Shown one piece after another: positions 18,551 through 27,298 of a DNA stretch of 64,000 nt. Below the pieces are notes generated by a model. It did not search any database and was not told the origin of the DNA. It saw only the letters and a list, made by a program, of their open reading frames with translations. Source of the DNA: Clostridiales bacterium UBA7285 (GTDB taxonomy: Bacteria; Bacillota; Clostridia; Peptostreptococcales; Anaerovoracaceae); assembly GCA_002472145.1 (NCBI GenBank), contig DKRJ01000026.1, positions 1,021 to 65,020 of the forward strand, written 5' to 3'. Made by a program: the position numbers and the translations under genes. Position 1 is the stretch's first letter, and each line of letters starts with the position of its first letter.

Positions 18551-20608
18551 ATGAACAAAATCGAAATCGAAGATCTGCTGAAGTACAAGGCGCCCGAGAA
18601 CATCGTCGCGTCGCCGGACGGCAGCGCAGCCGCTTTTCAGTGCGTTTACCCGGACGGGGACAAAAACGAATACCGCAGGGACATTTATCTGATCCGCGGC
18701 GGCAAAGTCTCGCAGCTCACCTCGACGGCGGATTCGGCGATCGTCTGCTGGGACGACGACACTCACCTGATCATCGAGAGACGCGAGCGTGTCGAACCGG
18801 ACGAAAAGGACAAGGCTCCGGAAGGATTCACCGAACTTTACCGCATGGACATAAACGGCGGCGAACCGATGCGCTTCGCGGAGTTCAATTTCGGACTGCA
18901 GGAACTGAGGAAGATCCGCGACGGCCTGTACGTGGCGGTCGGCGAGATCAACGCTGAAGAGCCTGACGCGTATAAACTGACGCGGAAGGAAGCTTCCGAA
19001 AAGGCCGAAGAGCGAAAAAAAGAACACGAGGAAGATTACGTTGTCCTCGATGAGGTCCCGTACTGGTTCAACGGCGCGGGGGTCACGAACAAAAAACGCA
19101 GCGCGCTGTTCACGATCAAGACGGATCCTCTCACGATCAGGAGGGTGACGAAGCCGGATTTCAACGTCGGAGACGTGGCGTACGACGGCTCGAAAGTATA
19201 TTACGAAGGCCTCAATCACGGCAGGTCGCTGAAGAGATATTCGCACATATATTGCTTTGACGCCGAAACGGGCGAGTCTGAGACACTCTACGACAGGAAC
19301 GACAGAGGCTTCTATGGCCTTTGCGTAGTCGGCAAGACCCTTCTGGCCGAATCCATCCTCGTAAAAGACGACCTCGAAACGGTGACTCCGACGTTCTGCC
19401 GCGTCGAAAAAGGCAAAGTCACGGAGATCGTCAAACCGGACATCACCATCGGTTCGAGCGTGCTCTTCGACACCATGTCTGAGAGCGGGGCGGCATCCAG
19501 GACAGTCGGCGACAGGCTCTACACTGTCGCGACGGTAAAGGACCGCAATGTCATCTATTCGTTCGATAAAGACATGAACGGGACCGTCATTTTTGACAAG
19601 CCGGGCATCATCATGCAGCTGGACACCGACGGAAAGACGATCTGGTTCACGCATCAGGACAGCAGGAGCCTCGGCGAAGTCTATTCGATCGGCACTGACG
19701 GAAAAGGCCTGAAGAAACTCACGGATCTGAATAAAGGCGCGCTGGAGGGAAAATATGTCGCCACGCCGCACCGGATCGACTGGAAGAGCCACGGCGAAGA
19801 CCTGACGGGCTGGGTCCTCCTCCCTGAAAGTTTTGATAAGAATAAGAAGTACCCGGCGGTCCTGGACATCCACGGCGGCCCGCGCTGCTCGTACGGCGAA
19901 GTCTTCTTCCACGAGATGCAGGTATGGGCGGCAAAGGGATTCGTCGTCATGTTCACGAACATCCACGGCTCTGACGGCCGCGGGGACGAGTTCGCCGATC
20001 TCAAGGGAAAATACGGATATATCGACTACGAGGAACTCATGGACTTCGTCGACGTCGTCCTGAAGAAATACAGGAACGTCGACGAGAAGAGGCTCTGCGT
20101 CACGGGCGGTTCCTACGGCGGGTTCATGACTAACTGGATTGTCGGCCATACGGACAGGTTCTGCGCGGCCGCTTCCCAGCGCTCGATCTCTAACTGGGTG
20201 ACGATGACTTTCATCAGCGACATCGGACTGAACTTCGGCCTTTCGCCGTGCGGGGCGGACGGGCTCTTCGGCGATGAGAACACCGCTAAATTCTGGGAAC
20301 ATTCGCCGCTTAAATTCGCAAAGGGCGTAAAGACCCCGACGCTGTTCATCCACAGCGAGGAAGACTACCGCTGCCCGCTTCCGGAAGGGATGCAGATGAT
20401 GCAGGCGATATGCAGCCAGGGAGTCGAGACACGCATGGTCGTATTCAAGGGAGAAAACCACGAACTCTCGCGCGAGGGCAAGCCTCTGCACAGGATCAGG
20501 AGACTTAAGGAGATAACCGACTGGTTCGTGTCGCACACGGAGAAAAAGCCCGCACGCAAAGCGTCAAAAAAGAAAGCATCGAAGACAAACGACAAAAGGA
20601 GCAGATAA
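18551..20608 (+). CDS. S9 family serine peptidase (prolyl oligopeptidase/acylaminoacyl-peptidase type)
   Basis: GGAGG RBS before the ATG at 18551. Beta-propeller-like N-terminal part, nucleophile elbow GGSYGGFM, Lys-rich C-terminal tail. Confidence 0.9.
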   Translation: MNKIEIEDLLKYKAPENIVASPDGSAAAFQCVYPDGDKNEYRRDIYLIRGGKVSQLTSTADSAIVCWDDDTHLIIERRERVEPDEKDKAPEGFTELYRMDINGGEPMRFAEFNFGLQELRKIRDGLYVAVGEINAEEPDAYKLTRKEASEKAEERKKEHEEDYVVLDEVPYWFNGAGVTNKKRSALFTIKTDPLTIRRVTKPDFNVGDVAYDGSKVYYEGLNHGRSLKRYSHIYCFDAETGESETLYDRNDRGFYGLCVVGKTLLAESILVKDDLETVTPTFCRVEKGKVTEIVKPDITIGSSVLFDTMSESGAASRTVGDRLYTVATVKDRNVIYSFDKDMNGTVIFDKPGIIMQLDTDGKTIWFTHQDSRSLGEVYSIGTDGKGLKKLTDLNKGALEGKYVATPHRIDWKSHGEDLTGWVLLPESFDKNKKYPAVLDIHGGPRCSYGEVFFHEMQVWAAKGFVVMFTNIHGSDGRGDEFADLKGKYGYIDYEELMDFVDVVLKKYRNVDEKRLCVTGGSYGGFMTNWIVGHTDRFCAAASQRSISNWVTMTFISDIGLNFGLSPCGADGLFGDENTAKFWEHSPLKFAKGVKTPTLFIHSEEDYRCPLPEGMQMMQAICSQGVETRMVVFKGENHELSREGKPLHRIRRLKEITDWFVSHTEKKPARKASKKKASKTNDKRSR

Positions 20609-22038
20609 TGCTGATAAGATCAAGCGAATACCTTAGAGAAAAAAAGCCCGCGCTGAAGGCTTTGATCGACGAACTCTCCGGCAGATACGGATACGCTTCC
20701 GTACTGGCCCAGGACGCGCGCGCCTACGCATATAACGTCGTACCGTCGGGACGCTCGGCCGCTCCTCTGGCCCTGCAGTCAAAGCGCGGTTTTGTCGTCC
20801 GGGTATACGACGGCTCAGGCTACGCGGAATATTCTTTCAACGACATAAGCGATGAGAAAGTAAAGGACATCGCCGACAAGATCGCTGAGAAGCTCGTTCC
20901 GCTGTCCGGGATGCTCTCCGGACGGTTCGGGAGGCTGAACAGGCCGCTCCTCTCCGAGGAACCGTGTACGATGGTGAAGTCCACCGAATGCGCGATACAC
21001 CCGGACGAACTCGGCGGCGATAAGATACTGGAGCGGCTGTCCGCGATACGCGAAAAGACCGCTTCGTATGATGCGAGGATCTTCGACGCGGCGGCCAGAT
21101 ACGAGTTCGCCGAGATACATAAGATGTTCATATCTCCGAAAAAGGACATGGAGCAGAACCTGATGTGGTCGGACGGTATGGTCGCGGCATTCGTCCGCGC
21201 GGGAGACGAAGTGAGGTCGAGCTACGTCCCGTTCTCATGCCTCGGCGGAGCGGAACTGATCGACATCATCGAGAGGGGAGCGGAGGACGCTGCGAAGACG
21301 GCAGTCGATATGATCGACATGGAACCGGTCACGCCCGGAGAGTACGACTGCATATGTTCGCCCGACATCACGGGACTCATCGCGCACGAGGCTTTCGGCC
21401 ACGGCGTGGAGATGGACATGTTCGTTAAGGACAGGGCGCTGGCGAAAGACTACATCGGAAAGCGCGTGGCATCCGATCTGGTCACGATGCACGACACTGC
21501 GTGCGCGCTGGACGATACGGGGTCGTTCTTCTTCGACGACGAAGGTATGCCTGCGGGCGACACGGTCATAATCGATCACGGCATCCTGAAGAAGGGAATG
21601 GCAGACGAACTTTCGGCTCTATCTCTGGGCGTCGCACCGACGGGAAACGGCAGACGCGAGAGCTTCGAGCGCAAAGCCTACACCCGCATGACCAACACGT
21701 ATTTCGAACCGGGCACCGACCGGCTCGAGGACATGATCGCCTCCGTAAAATACGGTTTTCTGCTCGACCAGGCGAGCAGCGGCATGGAAGACCCTAAGAA
21801 CTGGGGCATACAGTGCATGGTGTCATTCGGCCGCGAGATAAAAGACGGCAGGCTTACGAGACGCCTCGTCGGCCCGGTGGTGCTGACCGGATACGTTCCC
21901 GACCTTCTGAAGTCCATATCCATGGTCAGCCCGGACCTGGGACATACCGGGACCGGCGGCTGCGGCAAGGGCTGGAAGGAATTCGTAAAAGTCTCGTGCG
22001 GAGGACCGTACATAAAAGCCAGGATCAGGCTGGGATAA
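20608..22038 (+). CDS. tldD: metalloprotease TldD
   Basis: HEAFGHGVEMD (HExxxH) motif, C-terminal GGCGKG, 476 aa. Start overlaps the S9 stop (TAATG). Confidence 0.9.
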   Translation: MLIRSSEYLREKKPALKALIDELSGRYGYASVLAQDARAYAYNVVPSGRSAAPLALQSKRGFVVRVYDGSGYAEYSFNDISDEKVKDIADKIAEKLVPLSGMLSGRFGRLNRPLLSEEPCTMVKSTECAIHPDELGGDKILERLSAIREKTASYDARIFDAAARYEFAEIHKMFISPKKDMEQNLMWSDGMVAAFVRAGDEVRSSYVPFSCLGGAELIDIIERGAEDAAKTAVDMIDMEPVTPGEYDCICSPDITGLIAHEAFGHGVEMDMFVKDRALAKDYIGKRVASDLVTMHDTACALDDTGSFFFDDEGMPAGDTVIIDHGILKKGMADELSALSLGVAPTGNGRRESFERKAYTRMTNTYFEPGTDRLEDMIASVKYGFLLDQASSGMEDPKNWGIQCMVSFGREIKDGRLTRRLVGPVVLTGYVPDLLKSISMVSPDLGHTGTGGCGKGWKEFVKVSCGGPYIKARIRLG

Positions 22039-22049
22039 GGAGTTGGGAC

Positions 22050-23387
22050 ATGGCGGAAACAGAAAGAACGAAAGCCGCGCCGGCGGCAGAAAAAAGCCCT
22101 GAGGCGGCAGAGAGAATAAAGCGGATACTGTCCGAACTGGGCGTCCGGCACTATACGGTCGAGAAGCGCACCACCGAGAGCGCCGAACTCTTCTTTGTCA
22201 AAAGAGATCTGGACACGGAGCGTATAAAGGAAATCACCGAGTACACGGTCACCGTATTCCGCGACGGAAGATCCGGGGACGGCAAACCTCTGCGCGGCCA
22301 GTCCGACGCGGTGCTGACGCCCGGGATGACGGACGGAGAGATAAAGGACGCTCTCCGGCGCGCGATCGCCTCGGCGGAATGCGCTTTCAACCCGGCGTAC
22401 GAACTGTATAAAGGCGAGACTTCGCAGCCCGTGGCGGTGCCTTCCGGCCTGAATAAAATGAGCGTTGGGGAAGCGGCTGTCCACTTCGCGGAGGCGCTGT
22501 ATAAGGCGGAGGACGCGTACGGCCCGGGCGCTTTCATCAACAGCGCCGAGATATTCTCGACAAAGACGACCGTCAGGTTCTCTTCCTCGGAAGGGTTCTG
22601 CTGCGGATATGAGATGCGCGCCTGCTTCGGCGAGTTCGTCGTACAGTGCAGAGAGCCGCTCGACGTGGAGCAGTACTTCCCGTTCAGATATTACGACGAT
22701 GAGGCCGACGCGCTCACGGAGAAAGGGATAAAAGCTCTCGCCGCGGCATATGACAGAGCTCACGTTGCGGGAGAGACTAAAAAGGGAACGTACGACGTCA
22801 TACTGTCCGACGATAATCTTAAGATACTGCTGGATCTCTACACGGAACGCACGGAGGCGGCCGCCGTTTACTCGGGGTATTTCGACGTGAAGCCGGGAGA
22901 CTTCATACAGCCCGGGCCTGTCGCGGGCGAAAAGATCGACATATTCGTCGAACCCACCGTGCCGTTCTCGCGCGAGGGCATCCCTATGAAAGAGCGCAGG
23001 CTGATCTCGGATGGCAGAGTCGTTTTCCTGCAGGCGGACCAGCGCTTTGCCTCATACATACATATAGAACCAACAGGCCACTACGCTAAAGTAAGGCTCG
23101 GCGGCGGTACGGTGCCACTGGCTGAGATGAAAAAGAACGCCCTCTATCCGGTGAGTTTCTCCGATTTTCAGATGGATCCTCTGACCGGTAAATTCGGCGG
23201 CGAGATCAGGCTGGCGTATCTGTTCGATGAGGACGGAAAGCCAAAGATCCTTACCGGAGGATCGATCAGCGGGAGCCTGCTCGAGAAGCAGAACAATCTG
23301 ACTTTCTCCGAGGAACAGTACAGCGACGCCTCATACAGCGGACCGCTGGCAATAAAGATAAAAGGAGTTTCTGTAGCCGGCGTGTGA
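22050..23387 (+). CDS. pmbA: TldE/PmbA family protein (non-catalytic partner of TldD)
   Basis: TAAGGAG RBS before the ATG at 22050. PmbA_TldD-like C-terminal region without HExxxH. The long ORF from 21813 overlaps tldD and is not used. Confidence 0.8.
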   Translation: MAETERTKAAPAAEKSPEAAERIKRILSELGVRHYTVEKRTTESAELFFVKRDLDTERIKEITEYTVTVFRDGRSGDGKPLRGQSDAVLTPGMTDGEIKDALRRAIASAECAFNPAYELYKGETSQPVAVPSGLNKMSVGEAAVHFAEALYKAEDAYGPGAFINSAEIFSTKTTVRFSSSEGFCCGYEMRACFGEFVVQCREPLDVEQYFPFRYYDDEADALTEKGIKALAAAYDRAHVAGETKKGTYDVILSDDNLKILLDLYTERTEAAAVYSGYFDVKPGDFIQPGPVAGEKIDIFVEPTVPFSREGIPMKERRLISDGRVVFLQADQRFASYIHIEPTGHYAKVRLGGGTVPLAEMKKNALYPVSFSDFQMDPLTGKFGGEIRLAYLFDEDGKPKILTGGSISGSLLEKQNNLTFSEEQYSDASYSGPLAIKIKGVSVAGV

Positions 23388-23532
23388 CAGGACAAAGCCG
23401 CGGGCCGGGCGTGCGTCATTACTGTCATAATTGATAGTGACAGCCCGGCGGATCAGCAATATCATTACGAATAGGATCCGTAGATTTTTTTGACATCCCC
23501 AGGACGGCGCGATGAGACGGGAATGAGAAGAA

Positions 23533-25155
23533 ATGAAAAAACTGATATCTGTACTGCTGGTTCTCAGTCTTGTTCTGGCGCTTACGGCGTGCACGAAGTC
23601 CGACGGTACGACCGACGGTACGACACAGGAAAACAACGACCCCGGGACCGATGCAGCTGTTTCGGCTGACGATGAACTGAACGGCCTGCCGGAAGCGGGG
23701 GACGGAACATACGTGTCGAGCCTTCCGTGGGCCGATGAACACGATGCCGCTGTCCTGAAGGCCAGACTGGAAAGGGATCTGGGCTCGGAAGGCACGATCG
23801 TCAAAGCCTTCGCAAAGCGATGGGGACGCTCGAACGATTTAGACTCATATTATCTGGAACTTACCGAAGACGGGCGCTTCGTGTTTTCGAAAAAAGATAT
23901 CGGCGCAGGTTTCGTGAACGTTTCTGGAGCCTGGACTTTCTATGACGGGTCGATATATCTGTGCGGAGAGAGCAGCGAGGCCCCTGAAGAGAGCGCGATG
24001 TACGAGCTGGCGCCGCAGTTTGAAGGCGCCGATCTGATCCTGCAGGATATGGAGGGCAGACGCATCCATTACGGAGACGGCGAAAAAGAAGGTTTCGGTG
24101 AGCTTTTCTCCTACTACGATCCGGTACGCTTCACCGGAGCCACGTCTGACTGGGAGCCGAGCCTCGCGTCGCTTTCGGATGAGAACTACGAAGACTCGTA
24201 TCTGTATAATCTGCTGAGCCTGTCCACGAGCGAAAGCGGTGCCTATCACTACTCTGACGGCTCCGTCATCACGTATTACTGGGTGCTGCCGGAACTGACC
24301 GCGTCTGACAGCGAAGATGCAAAAGAGATCAACGTCGATATCTACGACCGTTTCGGAGGATACGTCTCCACAGGCTATAGTGAGGTAGAGTCCCTCGATC
24401 ACGTCTCGAACCCTTGCATCGATTATGAAGAGATAGTCTTCGGGGATCAGGTGACTCTTCTGATCACGACTGTGGATCAATACAACTGCCGGTATACCGA
24501 CGCTTATACGTTCAACTATTCAGATAAAAAGATCATGAACGAAGAAGATATCGTAAATAAGTTCGGACTGACCGAAGAGCAGTGGCTGCAGTCTTATAAA
24601 GACTCCGTCACACGCGCGTTCGAGTATATCAACGAAGGCCTCAGCGACGCCCAGAAAAAAGAGTCCGGATATGACGAGATCCTTTACAACGTTACGAGCT
24701 CTTCACTTTACAGCCCGGTGTTCATCGACGAAGGCGGCAATCTCGCTGTGGTCGTCAGGATCCCTGAGCTCGTCGGCGGCAATAGCAACTCTTACATCAT
24801 CTACCCGCTGGACGAAACTAAGCCACCGAAGAAACATTACGCTTTCAACTGGCCTGTCGACATCGGAGATGACTCAAAGACCCTCGCGGCGTACGCGCCA
24901 ACAGATCAGAATGCGGAGCAGGTGCTCTACCACGACCTGAGTTATAAATCAAAAGTCATCACTCTTTACGCCACAATGACAGACGGCGGGGTGCAGGAGA
25001 TCGACGGCGAGCAGTGCAGGGTCGTGAACTTTACGGACGCTTCCATACAGGCCGAGCCGGTCGACGTCGAGATGACTTACGCCGTATCGATGTCGGGCAA
25101 GGTCTGGGCATACAGCAGCACCGACGAAGAGTGGCTCCCGCAGAATTGGAGATAA
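23533..25155 (+). CDS. hypothetical lipoprotein
   Basis: Signal peptide with lipobox (LVLALTAC). 540 aa, acidic. No domain recognised. Confidence 0.7.
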   Translation: MKKLISVLLVLSLVLALTACTKSDGTTDGTTQENNDPGTDAAVSADDELNGLPEAGDGTYVSSLPWADEHDAAVLKARLERDLGSEGTIVKAFAKRWGRSNDLDSYYLELTEDGRFVFSKKDIGAGFVNVSGAWTFYDGSIYLCGESSEAPEESAMYELAPQFEGADLILQDMEGRRIHYGDGEKEGFGELFSYYDPVRFTGATSDWEPSLASLSDENYEDSYLYNLLSLSTSESGAYHYSDGSVITYYWVLPELTASDSEDAKEINVDIYDRFGGYVSTGYSEVESLDHVSNPCIDYEEIVFGDQVTLLITTVDQYNCRYTDAYTFNYSDKKIMNEEDIVNKFGLTEEQWLQSYKDSVTRAFEYINEGLSDAQKKESGYDEILYNVTSSSLYSPVFIDEGGNLAVVVRIPELVGGNSNSYIIYPLDETKPPKKHYAFNWPVDIGDDSKTLAAYAPTDQNAEQVLYHDLSYKSKVITLYATMTDGGVQEIDGEQCRVVNFTDASIQAEPVDVEMTYAVSMSGKVWAYSSTDEEWLPQNWR

Positions 25156-25162
25156 GCAAAAA

Positions 25163-25798
25163 ATGAAAAGGATACTCTGCTTCGGGGATTCTAACACATG
25201 GGGATACAGGGCGGGAGAGGCGACGCGCATGGACGAGAACACGCGCTGGCCTAAAGTCCTGCAGCACGAACTGAATAAAACGATAGAAGCAGAAGTCATA
25301 GAAGAAGGGCAGAACGGCCGGACTACTGTATTTTTCGATCCCGTTGAAGAGAGGATGGCGGGGATAGATTATTTCTATCCCTGCCTGATGACGCACGCGC
25401 CTCTTGATCTGGTCATCCTCATGCTCGGTTCGAACGACCTGAAAAACCGTTTCGGTGTCGGGCCGGTCGCGATAGCACGCGGATTCTACAGGTACCGGGA
25501 CGCGCTTATCAAATCACACATCCGCGGGCCTGTTCCCGAGGTGCTCCTGATCGCGCCCCCGCACGTGGAGCCTTGCGTCCTGGAAGATCCGAGGTTCGGT
25601 CCCGATATGACGCATGCTCCTGAACTCTCTCTGGGTTTTGCCGACGCGTACCGCAAGACAGCCGAGGAACTGGGATGGCATTTTCTGGACGCCGCGCTCT
25701 TTGCGCATGCGTCGGATGTGGACGGGATGCACATGACCGAGGAATCGCACCGCAGACTGGGAAAAGCTGTCGCTGAAGCGGTGATCGACATTTTTTGA
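25163..25798 (+). CDS. SGNH/GDSL hydrolase (arylesterase/lipase-like)
   Basis: Block I FGDSNTWG, block III GSNDL, block V DGMHMT. Confidence 0.88.
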   Translation: MKRILCFGDSNTWGYRAGEATRMDENTRWPKVLQHELNKTIEAEVIEEGQNGRTTVFFDPVEERMAGIDYFYPCLMTHAPLDLVILMLGSNDLKNRFGVGPVAIARGFYRYRDALIKSHIRGPVPEVLLIAPPHVEPCVLEDPRFGPDMTHAPELSLGFADAYRKTAEELGWHFLDAALFAHASDVDGMHMTEESHRRLGKAVAEAVIDIF

Positions 25799-25812
25799 AA
25801 GAGGTTTAGGGA

Positions 25813-27222
25813 TTGGATTCTGAAAAGGGGAAAGACGTTTACAGAAAAAAACTTTCGTCTCATGAGATAAATATGACGGAAGGTCCGATACTCGAAAAGA
25901 TGCTGGCGTTCGCGTTCCCGCTCATGGCGTCGAGCGTGCTCCAGCTTCTCTTTAATGCGGCCGACGTCATGGTCGTCGGCAATTTCGCAGGGGACCAGGC
26001 TCTTGCTGCGGTGGGATCGAACGGTTCTCTGATAAATCTTCTGGTGAACCTGTTCATCGGGCTCTCGATAGGTGTAAACGTGCTCGCGGCCAGGTATTAC
26101 GGCGCCGGGTATGGCAGATCCTTAAGCGAGACGGTCCACACCGCGATGCTGACTTCTGTCATAAGCGGGATAATACTGACGATAGTGGGAGTCCTTTTCG
26201 CGCGGACGTTCCTCGTGTGGATGCAGTCGCCGCCTGACGTGCTGCCTCTTGCCGCGCTTTATCTGAGGATATATTTCCTCGGCATGACGCCGATGATGGT
26301 CTATAATTTCGGCGCCGCGCTGCTCAGGGCCAGAGGAGACACTAAGCGGCCGCTGTACTTTCTGACGGCAGCCGGGATCATCAACGTAGCGCTGAATCTG
26401 ATCTTTGTCATCGGATTCGATATGGACGTCGCGGGGGTCGCTATCGCAACTGTCGCATCCGAATGCGTTTCTGCGTTCCTAGTCTGGCGCTGCCTGCTGA
26501 ACGAAAATGGGGATTTCCACCTCGACCCGCGAAAACTGAGGCTATATAAAAATCATTTTCAGTTGATAATCCGCATAGGTCTTCCGGCTGGCCTGCAGGG
26601 CGTTTTGTTCTCTATTTCCAACGTCATCATACAGGCGGCGGTAAACAGCTTCGGCAGCATAGTCGTCGCGGGCAGTTCCGCCGCGATAAACGTCGAGAAT
26701 TTCGTCTACGTCGCGATGAACGCTTTCAGCCAGGCGGAGGTCTCTTTTGTCAGCCAGAACATAGGGGCGCAGAGGTACGAAAGGATCAGGAGGATCACAC
26801 GGACAGCGCTTGCCTGCTCGGTGATAACAGGGGCGTTCCTGGGCATATCCGCGTACGTGCTGGGCAGACCGCTCATTGGCATATTCACCGACAGCGATGA
26901 CGTCATAGAACAGGGGATCATCAGACTCTATTACCTGTCCGCCCCATATGCGATATGCGGAGCCATGGAGATCATGAGCGGCGCGATGCGCGGCATGGGA
27001 TATTCCCTCACGCCGACGATAGTGACAGTCTTCGGGGCGTGCGTTTTCAGGCTGGTATGGCTTGCCACCGTATTCCGGATACCCGAATATCACACGATAT
27101 CGACAGTCTACGTCTCATATCCGCTCAGCTGGATACTGACGCTGGCGATCCACTGCGTCTGCTACTTCTGGATATATGATCATAAGATAAAGCCGAAAAT
27201 AGACAAAACACGGACCGTCTGA
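25813..27222 (+). CDS. MATE family efflux transporter
   Basis: 12 TM. GPILEKMLAFAFPLMASSVLQLLFNAADVMVVG. TTG at 25813 has an AAGAGG RBS; alternative ATG at 25873. Confidence 0.9.
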   Translation: MDSEKGKDVYRKKLSSHEINMTEGPILEKMLAFAFPLMASSVLQLLFNAADVMVVGNFAGDQALAAVGSNGSLINLLVNLFIGLSIGVNVLAARYYGAGYGRSLSETVHTAMLTSVISGIILTIVGVLFARTFLVWMQSPPDVLPLAALYLRIYFLGMTPMMVYNFGAALLRARGDTKRPLYFLTAAGIINVALNLIFVIGFDMDVAGVAIATVASECVSAFLVWRCLLNENGDFHLDPRKLRLYKNHFQLIIRIGLPAGLQGVLFSISNVIIQAAVNSFGSIVVAGSSAAINVENFVYVAMNAFSQAEVSFVSQNIGAQRYERIRRITRTALACSVITGAFLGISAYVLGRPLIGIFTDSDDVIEQGIIRLYYLSAPYAICGAMEIMSGAMRGMGYSLTPTIVTVFGACVFRLVWLATVFRIPEYHTISTVYVSYPLSWILTLAIHCVCYFWIYDHKIKPKIDKTRTV

Positions 27223-27229
27223 CCCGCTG

Positions 27230-27298
27230 CCGCTGCTCCGGAAGAGCGAGTGCCGCTGCTCCGGAAGAGCGAGTGTCACTGCTCCAGAAGAGCGAGTA
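27230..27298. repeat. 23-bp tandem repeat x3 spanning the stop codon of the AAA+ gene
   Basis: CCGCTGCTCCGGAAGAGCGAGTG occurs at 27230 and 27253 (identical). A third copy, TCACTGCTCCAGAAGAGCGAGTA at 27276 (4 mismatches), encodes ..LALLEQ-stop on the minus strand. Confidence 0.9.

Noticed and set aside
18503-20536. 677-aa ORF on the minus strand covering almost the whole S9 peptidase gene
   Set aside because: It is exactly antisense to a gene with clear catalytic motifs. Its translation is Arg/Val/Asp-rich low-information sequence with no motifs. This is a typical stop-poor shadow frame in GC-rich coding DNA.
21813-22049. N-terminal extension of the pmbA ORF overlapping tldD by 226 nt
   Set aside because: An internal ATG at 22050 has a TAAGGAG RBS just after the tldD stop, and the extension is Arg/Pro-rich out-of-frame tldD sequence.
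21678-22763. 361-aa minus-strand ORF antisense to tldD/pmbA
   Set aside because: Shadow ORF crossing a gene boundary, with no recognisable domain.
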